This document shows, in pieces, positions 1 to 12,715 of a stretch of DNA of 64,000 bases (the first letter of the stretch is position 1; each line of letters opens with the position of its first letter). The notes beneath the pieces were generated by a model that did not search any database, was not told where the DNA came from, and saw nothing but the letters and a program-made list of their open reading frames with translations. The DNA lies in the NCBI RefSeq assembly GCF_004010195.1, contig NC_057752.1:7850835-7914834 (forward strand), written 5' to 3'. The DNA comes from Chiloscyllium plagiosum (taxonomy: Eukaryota). The translations under genes were made by a program, and so were the position numbers.

Positions 1-959
1 CTCAGTATTTGTGAAAGAGAGCAGTAAATCAAGTATACCATAATCTACTTAACCAGTATTTCATAAGGCTTCATTATTAATTACATGCATCTTTCTAAAA
101 TTAGTTTAATGTGTAAAGTCATGTAAAAGGCTGATTGGTAATAAATTGGTGGAATGTTGTACTATGACATGCTACTCTTTTTCCAGATGTATATGCTCCT
201 GTGAATGTTGGTTAGGTCAGGTGGCTAGACTTTGATGCAGAATGATGCTAATGGTGCAGGTTCAATCCTTTTCCAAGCTTTGATAGTTCATGAAGGACTG
301 CCTTCTTGTCTTGTCCCATGCTGATGTGATGTGTTGCCCCTCAAAGTATATCACCACTTGTTTCTTTCTAACAAAGAGAGATGCCTCTGGTTCTCTTGGA
401 CCATGGCTAATTATCTTCTATTTCCTGCACAAGCTGACTGCAATGTGGTCAACAGGGCACAAAGTGCTAATTCATGTACTATTAGAACAAATTAATTAGT
501 GAAAATACAAATGTGAACTTTGATCTACTGTAAAATGAATTGGAGGTTGATCTTGTTGATTCACAGTTTGTCACTTTGTTGCCTTCAGCATTTTAAATTA
601 TCCTCCTTTATTTTTACAAGTGAGCCTAAACAGGTAGATTGTGAATCTGTTCCTGAACTAATAGCCAGAGGATAGAGTCCATTGCCTTCTAATTGTGTAA
701 TTGGGAAGAGGGTGATGTATCAATCTTCTTGAATTTGTTTTAAGCAGATAGAATGGCTTCAGCCAAACTACACAATATTAAGTTTAAAGCACAAACCTAT
801 ATCATTCTTATCTTCCATAGCTGGTTATTGTATGAGAAATATTTTTAACATTGTGGAGTCCTCAAGTCATCAACTGCATTCAATGACCTTAAGCTTCTGG
901 TCTGTCTGGTTTAGTACTTATGTTAATAATGGAGTTTCACTGTTCTTGGCTGTCTCCAG

Positions 960-1105
960 CTTTGTTCCTTGCCAGGCAAATATCACTCCAAGTAAAGCCG
1001 AGAGTTCCTACATTCAGAATTCAGCACCTGAGATCAAGCCGCCTTTGCCACCAGAAAAAGCACAACTAGAGGTCCTACGGACTAATACCATTAAACCAAA
1101 TACAG
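960..1105 (+). CDS. TROAP: Tastin (TROAP) internal coding exon, first visible in window (FVPCQANITPSKAESS...IKPNT)
   Basis: tgtctccag acceptor, AG|gtattt donor; open frame; ends in phase 1, matching next exon. Low-conservation region, assigned by phase continuity. Confidence 0.7.
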
Positions 1106-1462
1106 GTATTTGGAATAAATACTTCAATGCAATCTCAAAGAAGGCAAAATGCATGTGGGGACATGTGTGATGGACCCATTATTTTAAGTGGGTGACCCAT
1201 GTAACCTCCAGTTGACCCAAATATACAAAACTCAAGTTCACTTTCGTTAGGATTGCCCATCCTTTATTACCAACAGATGTGATTGGCAATGTGGAGAGAA
1301 GAATTGTGGAAGCTTTGCCCTATTCCCATGCTGTGACCTCCCTTGAGTCCCAACACAAAAGTTGAATAAAAGAGAGAAATTATATTGCTCAAAGTTTGGG
1401 AGAAGATTTGTAGCTCGGGGCTCGTTGTTGTAGTTCTGTTCGCCGAGCTGGAAATTTGTGTT

Positions 1463-1502
1463 GCAGACGTTTCGTCCCCTGTCTAGGTGACATCCTCAGT
1501 GC
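1463..1502 (-). ncRNA. Minimal hammerhead ribozyme motif (opposite arm), intact core
   Basis: Reverse complement reads GCACUGAGGAUGUCACCUAGACAGGGGACGAAACGUCUGC. Confidence 0.8.
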
Positions 1503-1674
1503 TCGGGAGCCTCCTGTGAAGCGCTTCTGTGATCTTTCTTCCAGCATTTATAGTGATTTGTATCTGCCGCTTCCGGTTGTCAGTTCCAGCTGGAGATACA
1601 GCTGAAGCGGCAGATACCAACCACTATAAATGCCGGAGGAAACATCACAGAAGCGCTTCACAGGAGGCTCCCAA

Positions 1675-1714
1675 GCACTGAGGATGTCACCTCGACAGGG
1701 GACGAAACGTCTGC
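1675..1714 (+). ncRNA. Minimal type I hammerhead ribozyme motif, intact core
   Basis: GCA-CUGAGGA-U-GUCACCU(CGAC)AGGGGAC-GAAA-C-GUC-UGC: helix I GCA/UGC, helix II, palindromic ACGU helix III, GUC cleavage triplet. Confidence 0.8.
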
Positions 1715-2083
1715 AACACAAATTTCCAGCTCGGCGAACAGAACTACAACAATGGTGTTGCTTTTCAGCTGCCTTTAGGAAAAGCATAACTCTTGCTTCA
1801 TGCTATTTGTCAGTGTCATTCTCTTATTGCTTGACTGAAGGTGTGGCTGTTTTCTGTTCTGCAGAAGAAAAAAAAGGTTCAATATTAATGATGAGTTTAA
1901 AATTTAAAATCCATTATTGTAGTAAATGAAAAGATGAAGCAAGAGTGTAAAATTGTACACTGTAAACTTGCTTTTAGAATAATAATATTGATTAAAAAGA
2001 TTGATTTCAATTGTCAGAAGGTCTCTCCCATTTTGAGTCCTTCAGTCTTGTGGATTGCAACATAGTCCTGGAATCTAGATGAG

Positions 2084-2343
2084 GAGAAAGTGAGGACTGC
2101 AGGTGCTGGACATGAGAGTTGAGAGTGTGGTACTGGAAAAGCACAGCAGGTCAGGCAGCTTCCGAGGAGCAGGAGAATCGACATTTTGGGTTTTCCCCCC
2201 CCACCCCTTCCCATTTATCTCTCAGCCCCCCGGCCCACAAGCCTCATTCCTGATGAAGGGCTTATGCCCAAAATGTTGATTCTCCTGCTCCTCGGATGCT
2301 GCCTGACCTGCTGTGCTTACCCAGCAACACACTCTCAACTGGG
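2084..2343. mobile_element. Penelope-derived fold-back element (family B) with decayed hammerhead
   Basis: Inverted arms about 2117-2190 and 2266-2340; CTGATGAAGGGCTTATGCCCaAAAtGTtGA; flanking direct repeat ATCTAGATGAG at 2073-2083 and 2344-2354. Confidence 0.85.
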
Positions 2344-3124
2344 ATCTAGATGAGTTGAACATTGACTGAAAACTTGTGGCTCATTCACTACAAACGTCTG
2401 TGTGTCTAATAAATGGTAAAATTGTTCGCAGTGCAAATGCAATAATATTGGTATGGGATATTGACTTGAAAGTTTCAAATTCTAAATGTAATTGATAGGC
2501 TTTGCATAGATAACAAACTGAAGATAGCATAATAAAACTACTTGTCTGGTGCATTAAAAAATTCAGACGGTAAACGATCTAATGGAAAATTTCCAAGTCG
2601 TTTTGGCATAATTTGACCATCTAATCAGAGCACAATTTTGTGGAAAAATAGGGCAAATGTTGTTCATACCAAGTTCCACCTCCCATTCAGTTCTTTTCTC
2701 ATTCGTTTATTTGCCATGGGCTTTTTGGGCCTTCCTGTGATGTGTCAGCCAAGTTCAATGTGACCAGGTTTTCATATTATAATGAGGGCTGTTGGCACTG
2801 CAGCACCTGGTTTCCTGTTTTTACAATCCAATCATAAGGTAAGTAAAATCTGAAAATTCAATTAGACTGACTTGTGAGGATGGGACCCAATTCCTCACCC
2901 TCTTCCCCACACTGAGAGCTTTTTAGTGTAGATATGGCACGTTGTCATTATTATAGAAGAGCGGCACAGGATGGAACAAAGGGGAATTGGACAGAATTTA
3001 CTGCAAGGTCCATCTGAGCACATCTCTTTCACACCAGTGTATTACCCCACTTTCCCCTTCAAATAAATGAACATTTTTTCACCCACCCTCTCATTCTACA
3101 TTGTAACAAGAAATCAGTCATTTT

Positions 3125-3290
3125 ATTTTCTAATCAGCCTGTTAGAGATGTTATGACACACCCCTGGAGCAGTAGGACTTGAATCTGACCCTGCTTAAGC
3201 TGTTCAGAAATACCTCTGGAGCAGGTGAGACTTGAACCCAAGTCTTCTGACCCAGAGGTAGGGGCACTACCATTGCACCACAAGAATCCT
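3125..3290 (-). mobile_element. Short tRNA-derived SINE (partly duplicated); relatives at 41405-41520 (-) and 51978-52085 (+)
   Basis: Minus strand has A-box-like TGGTGCAATGG and B-box-like GGTTCAAGTC; three similar copies in the window. Confidence 0.55.
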
Positions 3291-4014
3291 AAATGAGAGG
3301 AGACTCACATGCAATGTTTTTTTAGTCAACCTGTTCATGGATGTAATCAGAGGTGGTTGGCCTTCTCATTCTCTACAGAAGAGGCATGGGTCTTGGCTGG
3401 CTGTCCTTTCATGACAATTGATCACTTTATATTGATGTTATTTCTGGACTGATACCAACTTTCATGTTTCACTGCAATGCTTGGCCTGCCCTCTCTGAAC
3501 ATGTGTTCCTGTGGCAGTATCAGGTGGGTGACCCCAGCTATTGTCATTCCACTGGATCCTTGATCTGTGTCCATTGATCAGTAAGATGGCTGAGTTAAAG
3601 GCAGCTAACAGATTCTAACATTCCCGAGAAACAACAGACTGCATTGCAGCTGCAGTGGTCTCCCCAGCCACCCACACTGATATCCTGATAAGGTGGAAAC
3701 ACCTATTGGTCTCTGGCCACTATTTAGGTGAGAGCCTGCAATAAAGTCCAGTGAACCTGACACCATCTCCATTGGTCCATTGTTCTGTAATTTGGCCAGC
3801 CTGCTCCATCAGTCTGTGCTAGATCATCAAAATGAAGGAAGTTGCCATTGACAGCGCTATCGAGTAGCCCTTGCTCAAGGAATAACCTCATTCTGTGAGT
3901 GATTTTTTTTTTAAGTATATTGCTGAAGACAAGAACTGTTGACTTAACTCTCACCTTTTAGTGTTGCACATCCTTGGATAGTTACTTGAGAGCCTTTATG
4001 CAGATATGCCATTA

Positions 4015-4415
4015 GCTGAGGATCAGTGGATAGCACTCATCACTTGAATTAGAATTAGCTATGCATACAAGTCTTAGTCCAGAGACTTCAGCACAAAATC
4101 TAGGCTGACACTTGTTACAGTACTGAAGAAACACTGCACTCTCAGAACTCACCTTGTTCGGTCCAATTTTAAACCAGAACCCTATCTTTCCCCCCCCCCC
4201 CCTCATATGGAGGGCATCTCATCTCTCATATAGGCATGAGAGAGCCTATGCCACTATTTTAATGAAGAACAGGGAAGTTCTTATGTATCCAGGCCAATAT
4301 TTCTGTCTTAACCAATATTAATAAAAACAGATTGACTGACTGTTCATTATTGTTTTGCTGTATTGCTTTGTGCAAATTGGTAGCCGCTTATTTTCTGCAT
4401 TACACCTGTGACTGC
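4015..4415 (+). mobile_element. Old Deu-domain SINE (SacSINE1/AmnSINE1-like); other pieces at about 7020-7150, 17150-17270, 35855-36240
   Basis: tRNA-like head, 'ccactatttt..gaagaacagggaagttct..ggccaatattt' core and 'tgcaaattgg..gcc..tttcc..cattac' tail; recognised from memory. Confidence 0.6.
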
Positions 4416-5578
4416 AAATGTGTTCCATTATTCACCACGTCCAGTTGCAACAATTGATGTTTATGACAAGTGGGCTCAAGGTGGGCTTGCTTGTGAAATT
4501 GCAGCATTTTGTTCACTTTTTATGTAGCAGCCTTGCTGTTTTGTTTGGCTGTATGTGACTTCTGCTAGTAATTCTTGCGCAAAAGATCAATGAAATATAA
4601 ATCAAATGGTTCATAGGCTTAGTTATCCACAAAGATGGAATCTCGGGATGGCTTGGACTTTCTCTTCGTTCACAGATTGATGCCAGTTCCATTTGCAAAC
4701 AATTTCTTATAAACCAAACATACCAATTCACTGCCATGTGTGGGGTATAATGCCTTCACTAATAATCCCGAAACAAATTGGAGAAGAGGTGAAAATATCT
4801 TGTGTGTCCTCACATTGGTTAAATTGTTCTCCATTTATGATACTAATGTGTAAAAATTCAAACTATTTTGGATGAAACAATTCACTTTGCTCGACCCTCA
4901 AAGTAATATTGTGCATGGATGACGGAGTTTGAATGCAGTATCAAATCAAGAGTCGTACTGAATGCCATTGGGTGTCATGTTCGTTTAAACTTCTTTTTAA
5001 AGGCACAATAGCTCACCAAATGTCAGATCTGTTTATCATCTGAATACTGTGATTTCCCACATGCATTTGCCTTTCACATTCATGATGGAATTTCTTATTC
5101 TCTTTCCGTAATGAGATATTAGAAGCAGCTCCCTCATCAAGTTGCAAAGTTATTCACGGCAAGCATGTTCTACATGGCTCTTCCCACAGCTGAATCTGCC
5201 GTTTTGTAACCATTTTGATTTTTAACCCCAACTATTTTTAAAAATTACCAATTTTCTTATTTCTCTCACATCAATCATCGAGATAAAGTGGTGTTATCTG
5301 TACAAATGACCCTTTATGCTTCAGATTCATGTTCTGAAATCATTTTACAATGGAAATTAATGTACTCTGGAATTCTCACAACAAAGAGACAAAAATGTGT
5401 TTCTGGCTGTTTTATATTATGTAGGCATTAAGATTGATAATTCAATATTCCTTTGAACCTCTTGAGTTGCAATATGTAGTGTAGTCCCAGTATGCTACAC
5501 TTCCAAAAGTGATGTAAAATTTGGTGTTATGTTTCCATCATGGTGATTTGAAATAACTATTTTTCTGTATAATTGTAG

Positions 5579-5740
5579 ACAATAGTGAAGATTTTGTGAG
5601 TAATCCAATGGCTCTACAGAGCATCCTATCGAATGTTGGAATTAATGTTTTTAATGTAACCAACCACAAACTCAGTCTGGCGCACACAATATCTATGAAA
5701 ATGAATAACCAAAATCACGAGCCATCTAATCCAAAATCAG
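5579..5740 (+). CDS. TROAP: TROAP exon (DNSEDFVSNPMALQSILSNVGI...NPKS)
   Basis: ttgtag acceptor, CAG|gtattt donor, 162 nt, phase 1-1; F..NP.AL.SILS resembles the tastin 'ALATILSGEG' block as recalled. Confidence 0.85.
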
Positions 5741-5877
5741 GTATTTTCCCCATTTTTGGTATCCCTTTTAAGCAACTTTTGAAATTTATTTCAAACTCAA
5801 AACATTGTTTAGATTGGAAACTGTAAAGTGACCATGGCTGTAGGTTTTATTTCATTATGTGGATTCTCTTGGTGTAG

Positions 5878-6032
5878 GTAATAACAATGGTATGACACTT
5901 GGGAATGCCCCATCAACTCTTGATGACAAGAATATTTTCAGCAACCTCTGTGGCAAACCTAGCATGACAATACGAGCCCCTGAGAAGGACAGTGCACTCC
6001 ATTGCAAGTATCCTGCGCAAAGTCCATATGTG
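5878..6032 (+). CDS. TROAP: TROAP exon (GNNNGMTLGNAPS...AQSPYV)
   Basis: gtgtag acceptor after a 137-nt intron, GTG|gtaggt donor, phase 1-0 fits both neighbours. Confidence 0.75.
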
Positions 6033-7618
6033 GTAGGTCACTTTGAAAAGAATGCAAAAGGTATTTGCTGCAAGAAATCGCACATTCTATGTTTGTAAGC
6101 ATTTTATGTTATGTTGGTTGGAGATCTTTGTCACAATTACCACTTGTACTGATTTACAAACAAAAACTTCTTAGCAAAAAAGAAAACACTGCTATGTTGA
6201 ACTTTACCAGAGCTACTCAAGTCACCAGGGCTACTCAAGTAACCGTGGTATACAATTTTAGAGGCGGTTTCTTTTGGCTCATGCATAAGGTCCAAGACCA
6301 AGCTGTAAAACAAATTTGTAGCAAAGAAGGGCAATTATTATGGGGAGCTGGGATTCCTTGAAAACAATGTTGAGTTCGTGGTAGGCTTGATTCTCAATCC
6401 TACATGAGCTCTGCATTAAGGTGTTGGTGGAATATGGTTGATTATAAGACATTGGACTTGCAATATAGAATCTTTTGAGGTGGTTAGCATGCCACAAGTC
6501 ATTCTTCCCACCACAAATGAAGGACATTTCTTGTATAGCTGATAAGGTGATTTTAGGATTTTTTTTCTCTTTCATTCATTCATTGAATGTGGGCATCACT
6601 GGCTGGGTCAGCATTTATTGCCCATCCCTAATTGCTCTTGAGAAAAATGGGAGTGAGCTGTTTGAACTGCTGCAGTCCATTTGTTATAGGTACACCCACA
6701 ATGCTATTGGGAAGGGAGTTCCAGGATTTTGACTGAGTGCTGATGGAATGAAGAAAGACCCTGTGTTTCCCAAAAAGCCATCACCAAAAAGCTGGACTGT
6801 TCAATATGGCACTTAATTTGATTCAGTTGCAGGGAGCTGAAAACATTTCTTTTCTGTGTCTCCAATAAGTATAATTAACATTTCTTGGGGTATGAAATGT
6901 ACCCGTACTGTACTTTAGCATCTGCTATCATTCATTTTTTTTGTGGCTTCTTGCTGTGAAGTACCTGGTACATGCTATCCACTTCAGGAACTGCACTGCA
7001 TTAAAACACTTGTGGAAACCCTCTGTATGCAAATTAGCTACCATGTTTTCTACATTATAACAGGAGTTACATTTCAAAAGTACTTAATTGACTGTTAGTT
7101 GTTTTGGGACATCCTAAGATTGTGAAATGTGGTTTAAGTATCTAATTTTCTTTTTGTCTGCATCTACTGATCAACTGGCAATTAACTTTCTTGAAAAAGA
7201 ATCTCTTTGTAATTATATATGGGAGATTGAAAGAGAGACCATCTTCTGTAGCATTCATTTAATCTGATACCATGCAGCTTGTATTACTTCAACACACTGT
7301 TAATGATTGAACAACTAACATGTCTCCCTTCTTCAAAAAAAGACATGTTGTTGAAGTTTGACTCATTAGGACAGAGTCGAAAGAATACCAAATCCCAAAG
7401 GGGACAAATATTGTCCTGCATGAGAAGAGGGTGCTGATTGGTTGGTAGAGGTGTTGCCATGGAGAATGTACCAGGGAACAGTTAACTGTCAAGCTTTTGT
7501 TTAAATTCAAGCACTGCAATTCAACTCTGATTCTTAAAGGCATGAAGACACTGAGTACATGAAAGTGTAACTAGCTGATATAGCACACATTGTAGGACAG
7601 CTTGAGTGATTTTCACAT

Positions 7619-7747
7619 AGGTAAAAACAAGGACTGCAGATGCTGGAAACCAGATTCTAGATTAGAGTTGTGCTGGAAAAGCACAGCAGTTCAGGCAGCA
7701 TCCGAGGAACAGGAAAATCGATATTTCGGGCAAAAGCCCTTCATCGG
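7619..7747 (-). mobile_element. Single-arm family B Penelope-derived element
   Basis: Same sequence as the 2084-2343 arms, ends at the hammerhead; perfect 11-bp TSD GATTTTCACAT at 7608-7618 and 7748-7758. Confidence 0.85.
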
Positions 7748-7822
7748 GATTTTCACATGCAGCACAAAAGTCTGGTAGCAGCGCAAGGCCTTGGGATCAA
7801 CCCAGACATACATACCTGTCTT

Positions 7823-8395
7823 AAAAACAGAAAATTCTGGAGAAACTCAGCAGATTTGGCAGCATTTGGGGAGAAAGAACCAGAATTACTGTTTAAAGTA
7901 CAACTTGACACTTCAGAGCCGAAGGAAGTAATATTAGTTGTAGAGAAGTGATGTAAATTCAGACTAGATGTTAATAACAGTCTATATAGGTCATCTCTGA
8001 AAGCATAGTCATGAATACAAGACACTAGAAGGAGGTGGGGGGAATAACATGTAGGACAGAGATCATGGTCTGAAATTATTGAACTCAAATGTTGAGTCCA
8101 GAAGGCTGTAAAATGCCTAAGTGGAAATTAAGGTGCTGTTCGTCCAGCTTGCATTGGGCTTTACTGGAACACTACAGTAGTCTAGAACAGAAAATGTGCA
8201 CATAAGAGCAAAATGGTGTATTAAAATGGCAAGTACTGGAAATCTGGGCCATTTTTACAAGCGCAACATAGGTGTTCTACAAAATGGTCACTAAGTCTGC
8301 ATTTGGCCTCTCAATGTTGAGGAGACTGCATTGTGAGCAGCAAATACAGTCAACTAAGTTGGAAAGAAAGTACAAGTAAATGTTTGCCTCACCAG
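7823..8395 (-). mobile_element. Penelope-like element 3' part: degenerate GIY-YIG endonuclease plus pLTR (family C)
   Basis: Minus strand near 8270-8350 gives YCICCSQCSLLNIE, resembling the YCIRCSxCGLLYIGET GIY-YIG motif; terminal part matches the 51331 and 56835 elements. Confidence 0.75.
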
Positions 8396-8409
8396 GAGGG
8401 GTGTTGAAA

Positions 8410-8940
8410 ATATGCTTCTATTGTATTTTTCTGAGCAACCTTGTTCAAAAATAATTTGTAAAAATGTTTTTGGACTTGTGTAAGAGCAATAACCTGTCTG
8501 ATGTGTCCACTAATGTATGAGCTACCCAAGACACACCAAAAATGATGTTCCTTTTTGTCCTATCATGTCTATGACTGGTTCTGCACAACATGAATTGGCT
8601 AAATTGTTGAGTGAGTTGCTATGAATAGTTTGGGATGGATCTTCCACAGAAATGGTAGAGGGTTTCTTCACCTTCATGAAGACCAATCAGGGCTTGCAAA
8701 TTGATACCAATATTGTTCTTGTGTGTTTGTTTGCTTTTGATAACCTATTTGCTAGTATACCACGTTACTATTGTCATGGTGGTTGAGACAATTGTCTGTA
8801 TTCGTTGAACGTATCAACTTAACTCAGGCAGCTGGAGTTCAGTTTCAATGACATAATCTATGCATGAATAGATTGTGTTGCCATGGGATTCCCTCTAGAT
8901 ACAGTTCTCACTAACAACATCGTTGATTGCCACAGGAAAC
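8410..8940 (+). mobile_element. Degenerate Penelope-like reverse transcriptase fragment
   Basis: Frameshifted remnants of LPKTH..DVP..PIMSMTGSAQHELAK, FD..LF.SIP and VAMGFPL (AMGSPL) motifs. Confidence 0.7.
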
Positions 8941-9077
8941 CTTATATCGTGAGGCACAGACAACAGTGGGTTAGTGTCTTCCCAACTGGCTCCCAATAAC
9001 TCTGAAATTTGCTGCATGCAGCTTTATTGGTATTTAATGCTAGAAAGCTACATTTTTTGCTATCTAAATTCCAAGCC

Positions 9078-10985
9078 TTGGCTTTTGCCACAAGGTTAGC
9101 TAGGTGGACGTGACAGGATATGAATTCCCTGATTGCACCGGTTAACAGTCCCAATCAGGAAAACTTGGCTGACACATAAACAGGAGTGTCAGAGATTCTG
9201 CTCATTCTCGGAGCTGGCTCTGAGGGAGCTGGGTCAGTGTCAAGGACTTTCCACCTGTAAATAAAGTATGACTTGGTGATGGGATACTGACCTCTGAAGT
9301 TATTTCAGTGGCAACAAGAGAAAAGCACGGTCCTAAAGAAATTCACTTGCAATAGTTATTTTTTGAGTTGTATCAGCATTTCTGGCATCATGCTATTATT
9401 TGGGAAGCTTGACTCATTCGATTCTGCCATCGAAGATTGGGCCCAGTATGTGGAAAGAATGCATTATTTTTTCTGGGCAAATGACAATGGGGCAGATGAA
9501 AAGCAACAAATAATTCTGACACCTTGTGGACCCACAGCTTTTTCAGTTATTAGGAGCCTAACTTTCCCTGAGATACCAGGTAAAACTTTTTTCAAAAATT
9601 GATAGATTTAGTTAAGGAATATTACAGCCCCAAGCTACCTCCTGAGACACTACTGGTTTGACCCTGCAATTCGAGAACCAGGGGAATCCATTTCGAGATT
9701 TTTGACTAGATTAAGACAACTACCAGAGGCATGTGACTTTGGTTTAACCCTTAATGAGATGCTGAGAAACTGTTTGTTTGGTACGTGGGATTAATGATGT
9801 AACCATGCAAAACCTCCTACTAGCTGAAGCCCAACTGCACTTCAAACAGTCCCTACAACTGGCTTTATCATTGGAAAATGCAGCAAGTGGAGCATATGAG
9901 TTATAGGGTATTCTGATGGAAATGACACCTTTGCCAGCCCGACTGAGCTTGGGGAACACCACTTGAGGTGAAAGCAGTTGCACAGCCTCACTCAGGAACA
10001 GATCCTGAACAGAGGGGCCCACAGTAAAACCCCAAAACAAAGCCAAGCCTCAGCCAAATGGTTAACATTTTCTTCAGGATCTGGGCTGGTAAGCCATTGT
10101 AGTTGCTGCCAGTATGTGAACTTGAGACAACAAAAGAGTCCCACTAGACCTAAATGAAGTAAGAGAACTCAGGCCAGTATCCAGGAGAGTGCACACCCTG
10201 GAAAATCATCCTACATCTGGTCTGGAACAGTTAAATTGCTTAGCAACATCCAAATCAGAACCAATCAAAATAAACATCTGGTTAAATGGTCACCCAGTTC
10301 AAATGGAGGTTGATACTGGTGCAGCTGTATCAGTGATTACAGAATCAGTCTTTAACAAAATTCACTCTGGACTCCAACCCTTAGGTTTGTGCAAGACCTC
10401 GGCTAGACTGAGAACTTATACCAGGGAACCTTTACAGATGAAGGGTACAACTTCGATTCCGGTCTCTAATGAGAAGCAGCTGGTTTCGTTCCCACCAATT
10501 GTAGTAAAAGGCTCAGGCCCTAGCTTGATGGAGTGAAATTGGTTGAGAAAGATTCACCTTGATTGGCCCCACGTTTTCCAATTAGAAAATGGCTGCCTGA
10601 GTGAAGTCCTAATTGAATACTCGGAAGCTTTTCAGGAGGTTTTAAGGACTATCACAGGAGCCAAGGCCACCTTATGTGTTGACCAGGAAGGAATTCCACA
10701 ATTCTGCAATGCCCGCACAGTGCTATTTGCCTTATGTGCAAAAGTAGAGTCAGAAATCAGGAGGCTGGCAAGTGAAAGAATCATCAAACCAGTGTAGTTT
10801 GCATAATGGGGAGCACTCGTTGTACCAATTATGAAGCCCAATGGGTCGGTTTGTCTTTGTGTGGATTTGAAACAAATGGTAAACAACTTTTCACAGCTGT
10901 ATAAATACCCAATCCCTCGCGCAGAGGATTTATACACAATGCTGGCAAGGGGAGCTGTCCTTCATGAAGCTAGACAAGCCATGCA
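9078..10985 (+). mobile_element. 3'-truncated Gypsy/Ty3 LTR retrotransposon: 5' LTR, PBS-like site, gag, protease, start of RT
   Basis: LTR ends ...TTTCA at 9307 then GTGGCAACAAG; gag FGKLDSFD...EDWAQYVERM; protease MEVDTGAAVSVI; RT start KPNGSVCLCVDLK...YPIPRAEDL; many stops. Confidence 0.9.
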
Positions 10986-12715
10986 TACATGCTGGTGTGA
11001 AGGATGCCTCAGAGAGGGTACAGAGTATTCTGAAAGGGGAGAGTGACCAGCAAGAGGTAGTTGTGCATGTTGATACCATCGACATAGGTAGGGAAAGGGA
11101 TGAGATTCTGTCAAGACAGTATAGGAAATTTAGGCAGGAGGTTAAAAAGTAGGTCCTTGAGGGTAGTAACATCTGGACTACTACTGGTGCCACATGCTCG
11201 TGAGAGTAGGAATAGGAGGATAGAGCAAATGAATGCATGACTGAGGAGCTGATGCAGGGGGTGAGGAGTCACGTTTTTCGATCATTGGGATCTCTTCAGG
11301 GGAGAAATGACCAATTTAAGAGGGACGGGTTCTGCCCAAATTGAAAGGGACCAATATCTTTGTAGGGAAATTTGCTGGTGCTACTCGGGAGGCTTTAAAC
11401 TAGTAATTGAGGGTGGGGTGGTGGGAATCAATGTGATAGTGAGAAAAGGCTGAGGCTGGTACAATAGTTAAGGGAGAACGAGTCAAATAGTCAGGGCAGA
11501 CAAGAGCTTGGCAGAGAATGAGTTAAGACTGGTAAATTAAACTGCATTTACTTAAATACAAGAGGCCTGACAAGTAAGACAGATAAACTTAGGGTATGGT
11601 TAGGAACATGGGACTGGGATATCACCGCTTTAACAGGGACATGGTTCAGGGATGGACAGACTGCCAGTTTAATGTTCTAGGGTATAGATGCTATAGGAAG
11701 GATAGAAAGGGGGCAAGAGTGATGTGGGGGGTGTGGTGTTCTTGCTTCAGGATAACATCATTACGGCTGTACTTAGGATATTCCTGGAAGATATTCCTGG
11801 AAGTGAAGTTAAATGGACGTAACTTAAGAAAGGGATGATCACCTTGTTGGAATTGTATTATAGAACCCCCATCCCACCACCAATAGTCAGCAGGAAATTG
11901 AGAAGCAAATTTGTAAGGAGGTCTCCGATATCTGTAAGAGTGTCTGGGTTGTAATAGTAAGGAATTTTAACTTTCTAGACATAGACTGGGATTGTCATGG
12001 TGTTAAGGGCTAGGATAGGAAGGAATTTAAGTGTGGACACACAAACTTTCTTTTTCAATCTGTGGATGTGCTTACTAGAGAAGGAGCAATACTTGACCTT
12101 CTATTGGGAAATAAGCAGGGGAAGTAACTGAGGTGTCAGCGGGGGAGCACTTTGGGACCAGTCACCATAATTCTATTAGTTTTAAAATAATTATGGAAAA
12201 GGATAGACTGGATTAAAAAGGTAAAGTTTTAAATTGGAGTCGGGCCAATTTTGACAGTATTCGACAGGAACTTTCAAACATTGGTTGGGGGAGGCTATTG
12301 ACGGGTTGGGAAGTGGGAGGCATTTAAGAATGAGATAATGAGAATTCAGAGACAGTATGTTCCTGTTAGTATGAAGGGCAAGGCTGGTAGGTTTAGGGAA
12401 TGTTGAATGACTAGAGAAATTGTGGCTCTGGTCAAGAAAAAGAAGGCAGATATTAGGTATCAACAGCTGGGATCGAGTGAATCCCTCGAAGAGAATAACT
12501 GCAGTAGAAGTTTACTTAGGAAGGAAATTATGAGGGCACAAAGGAGACATGATATAGCTTTGGCAAATAGAGTTAAGGAGAATTTAAAGAGAATCTACAA
12601 ATACATTAAGGGCAAAAGAGTGGCTTTGTGTGTGAGAAATCTTGTCTCACTAACTTGACTGAGTTTTTTTGAAGAGGTGACAAAGAAGATTAATGAAGGC
12701 AGAGCAGCTGACATT
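10986..12715 (+). mobile_element. CR1 LINE fragment (ORF1 esterase-like region, APE endonuclease, deleted ORF2)
   Basis: RVQSILKGESDQQEVVVHVDTIDIGR (CR1 ORF1 SGNH-like); YRCYRKDRKG, FNF.DIDW and LDLLLGN endonuclease remnants. Confidence 0.85.

Larger units (their letters stand above)
1398..1752. mobile_element. Penelope-like pLTR fold-back element (family A): inverted arms 1425-1573 and 1604-1752 plus unpaired tail
   Basis: Arms are near-exact reverse complements around a 30-nt loop; each arm carries a hammerhead motif. Confidence 0.85.

Noticed and set aside
6206-6244. 18-bp tandem duplication (TRATQV twice in an ORF); similar small duplication at 50377-50452
   Set aside because: Two-copy intronic slippage duplications; no array structure, not CRISPR-like.
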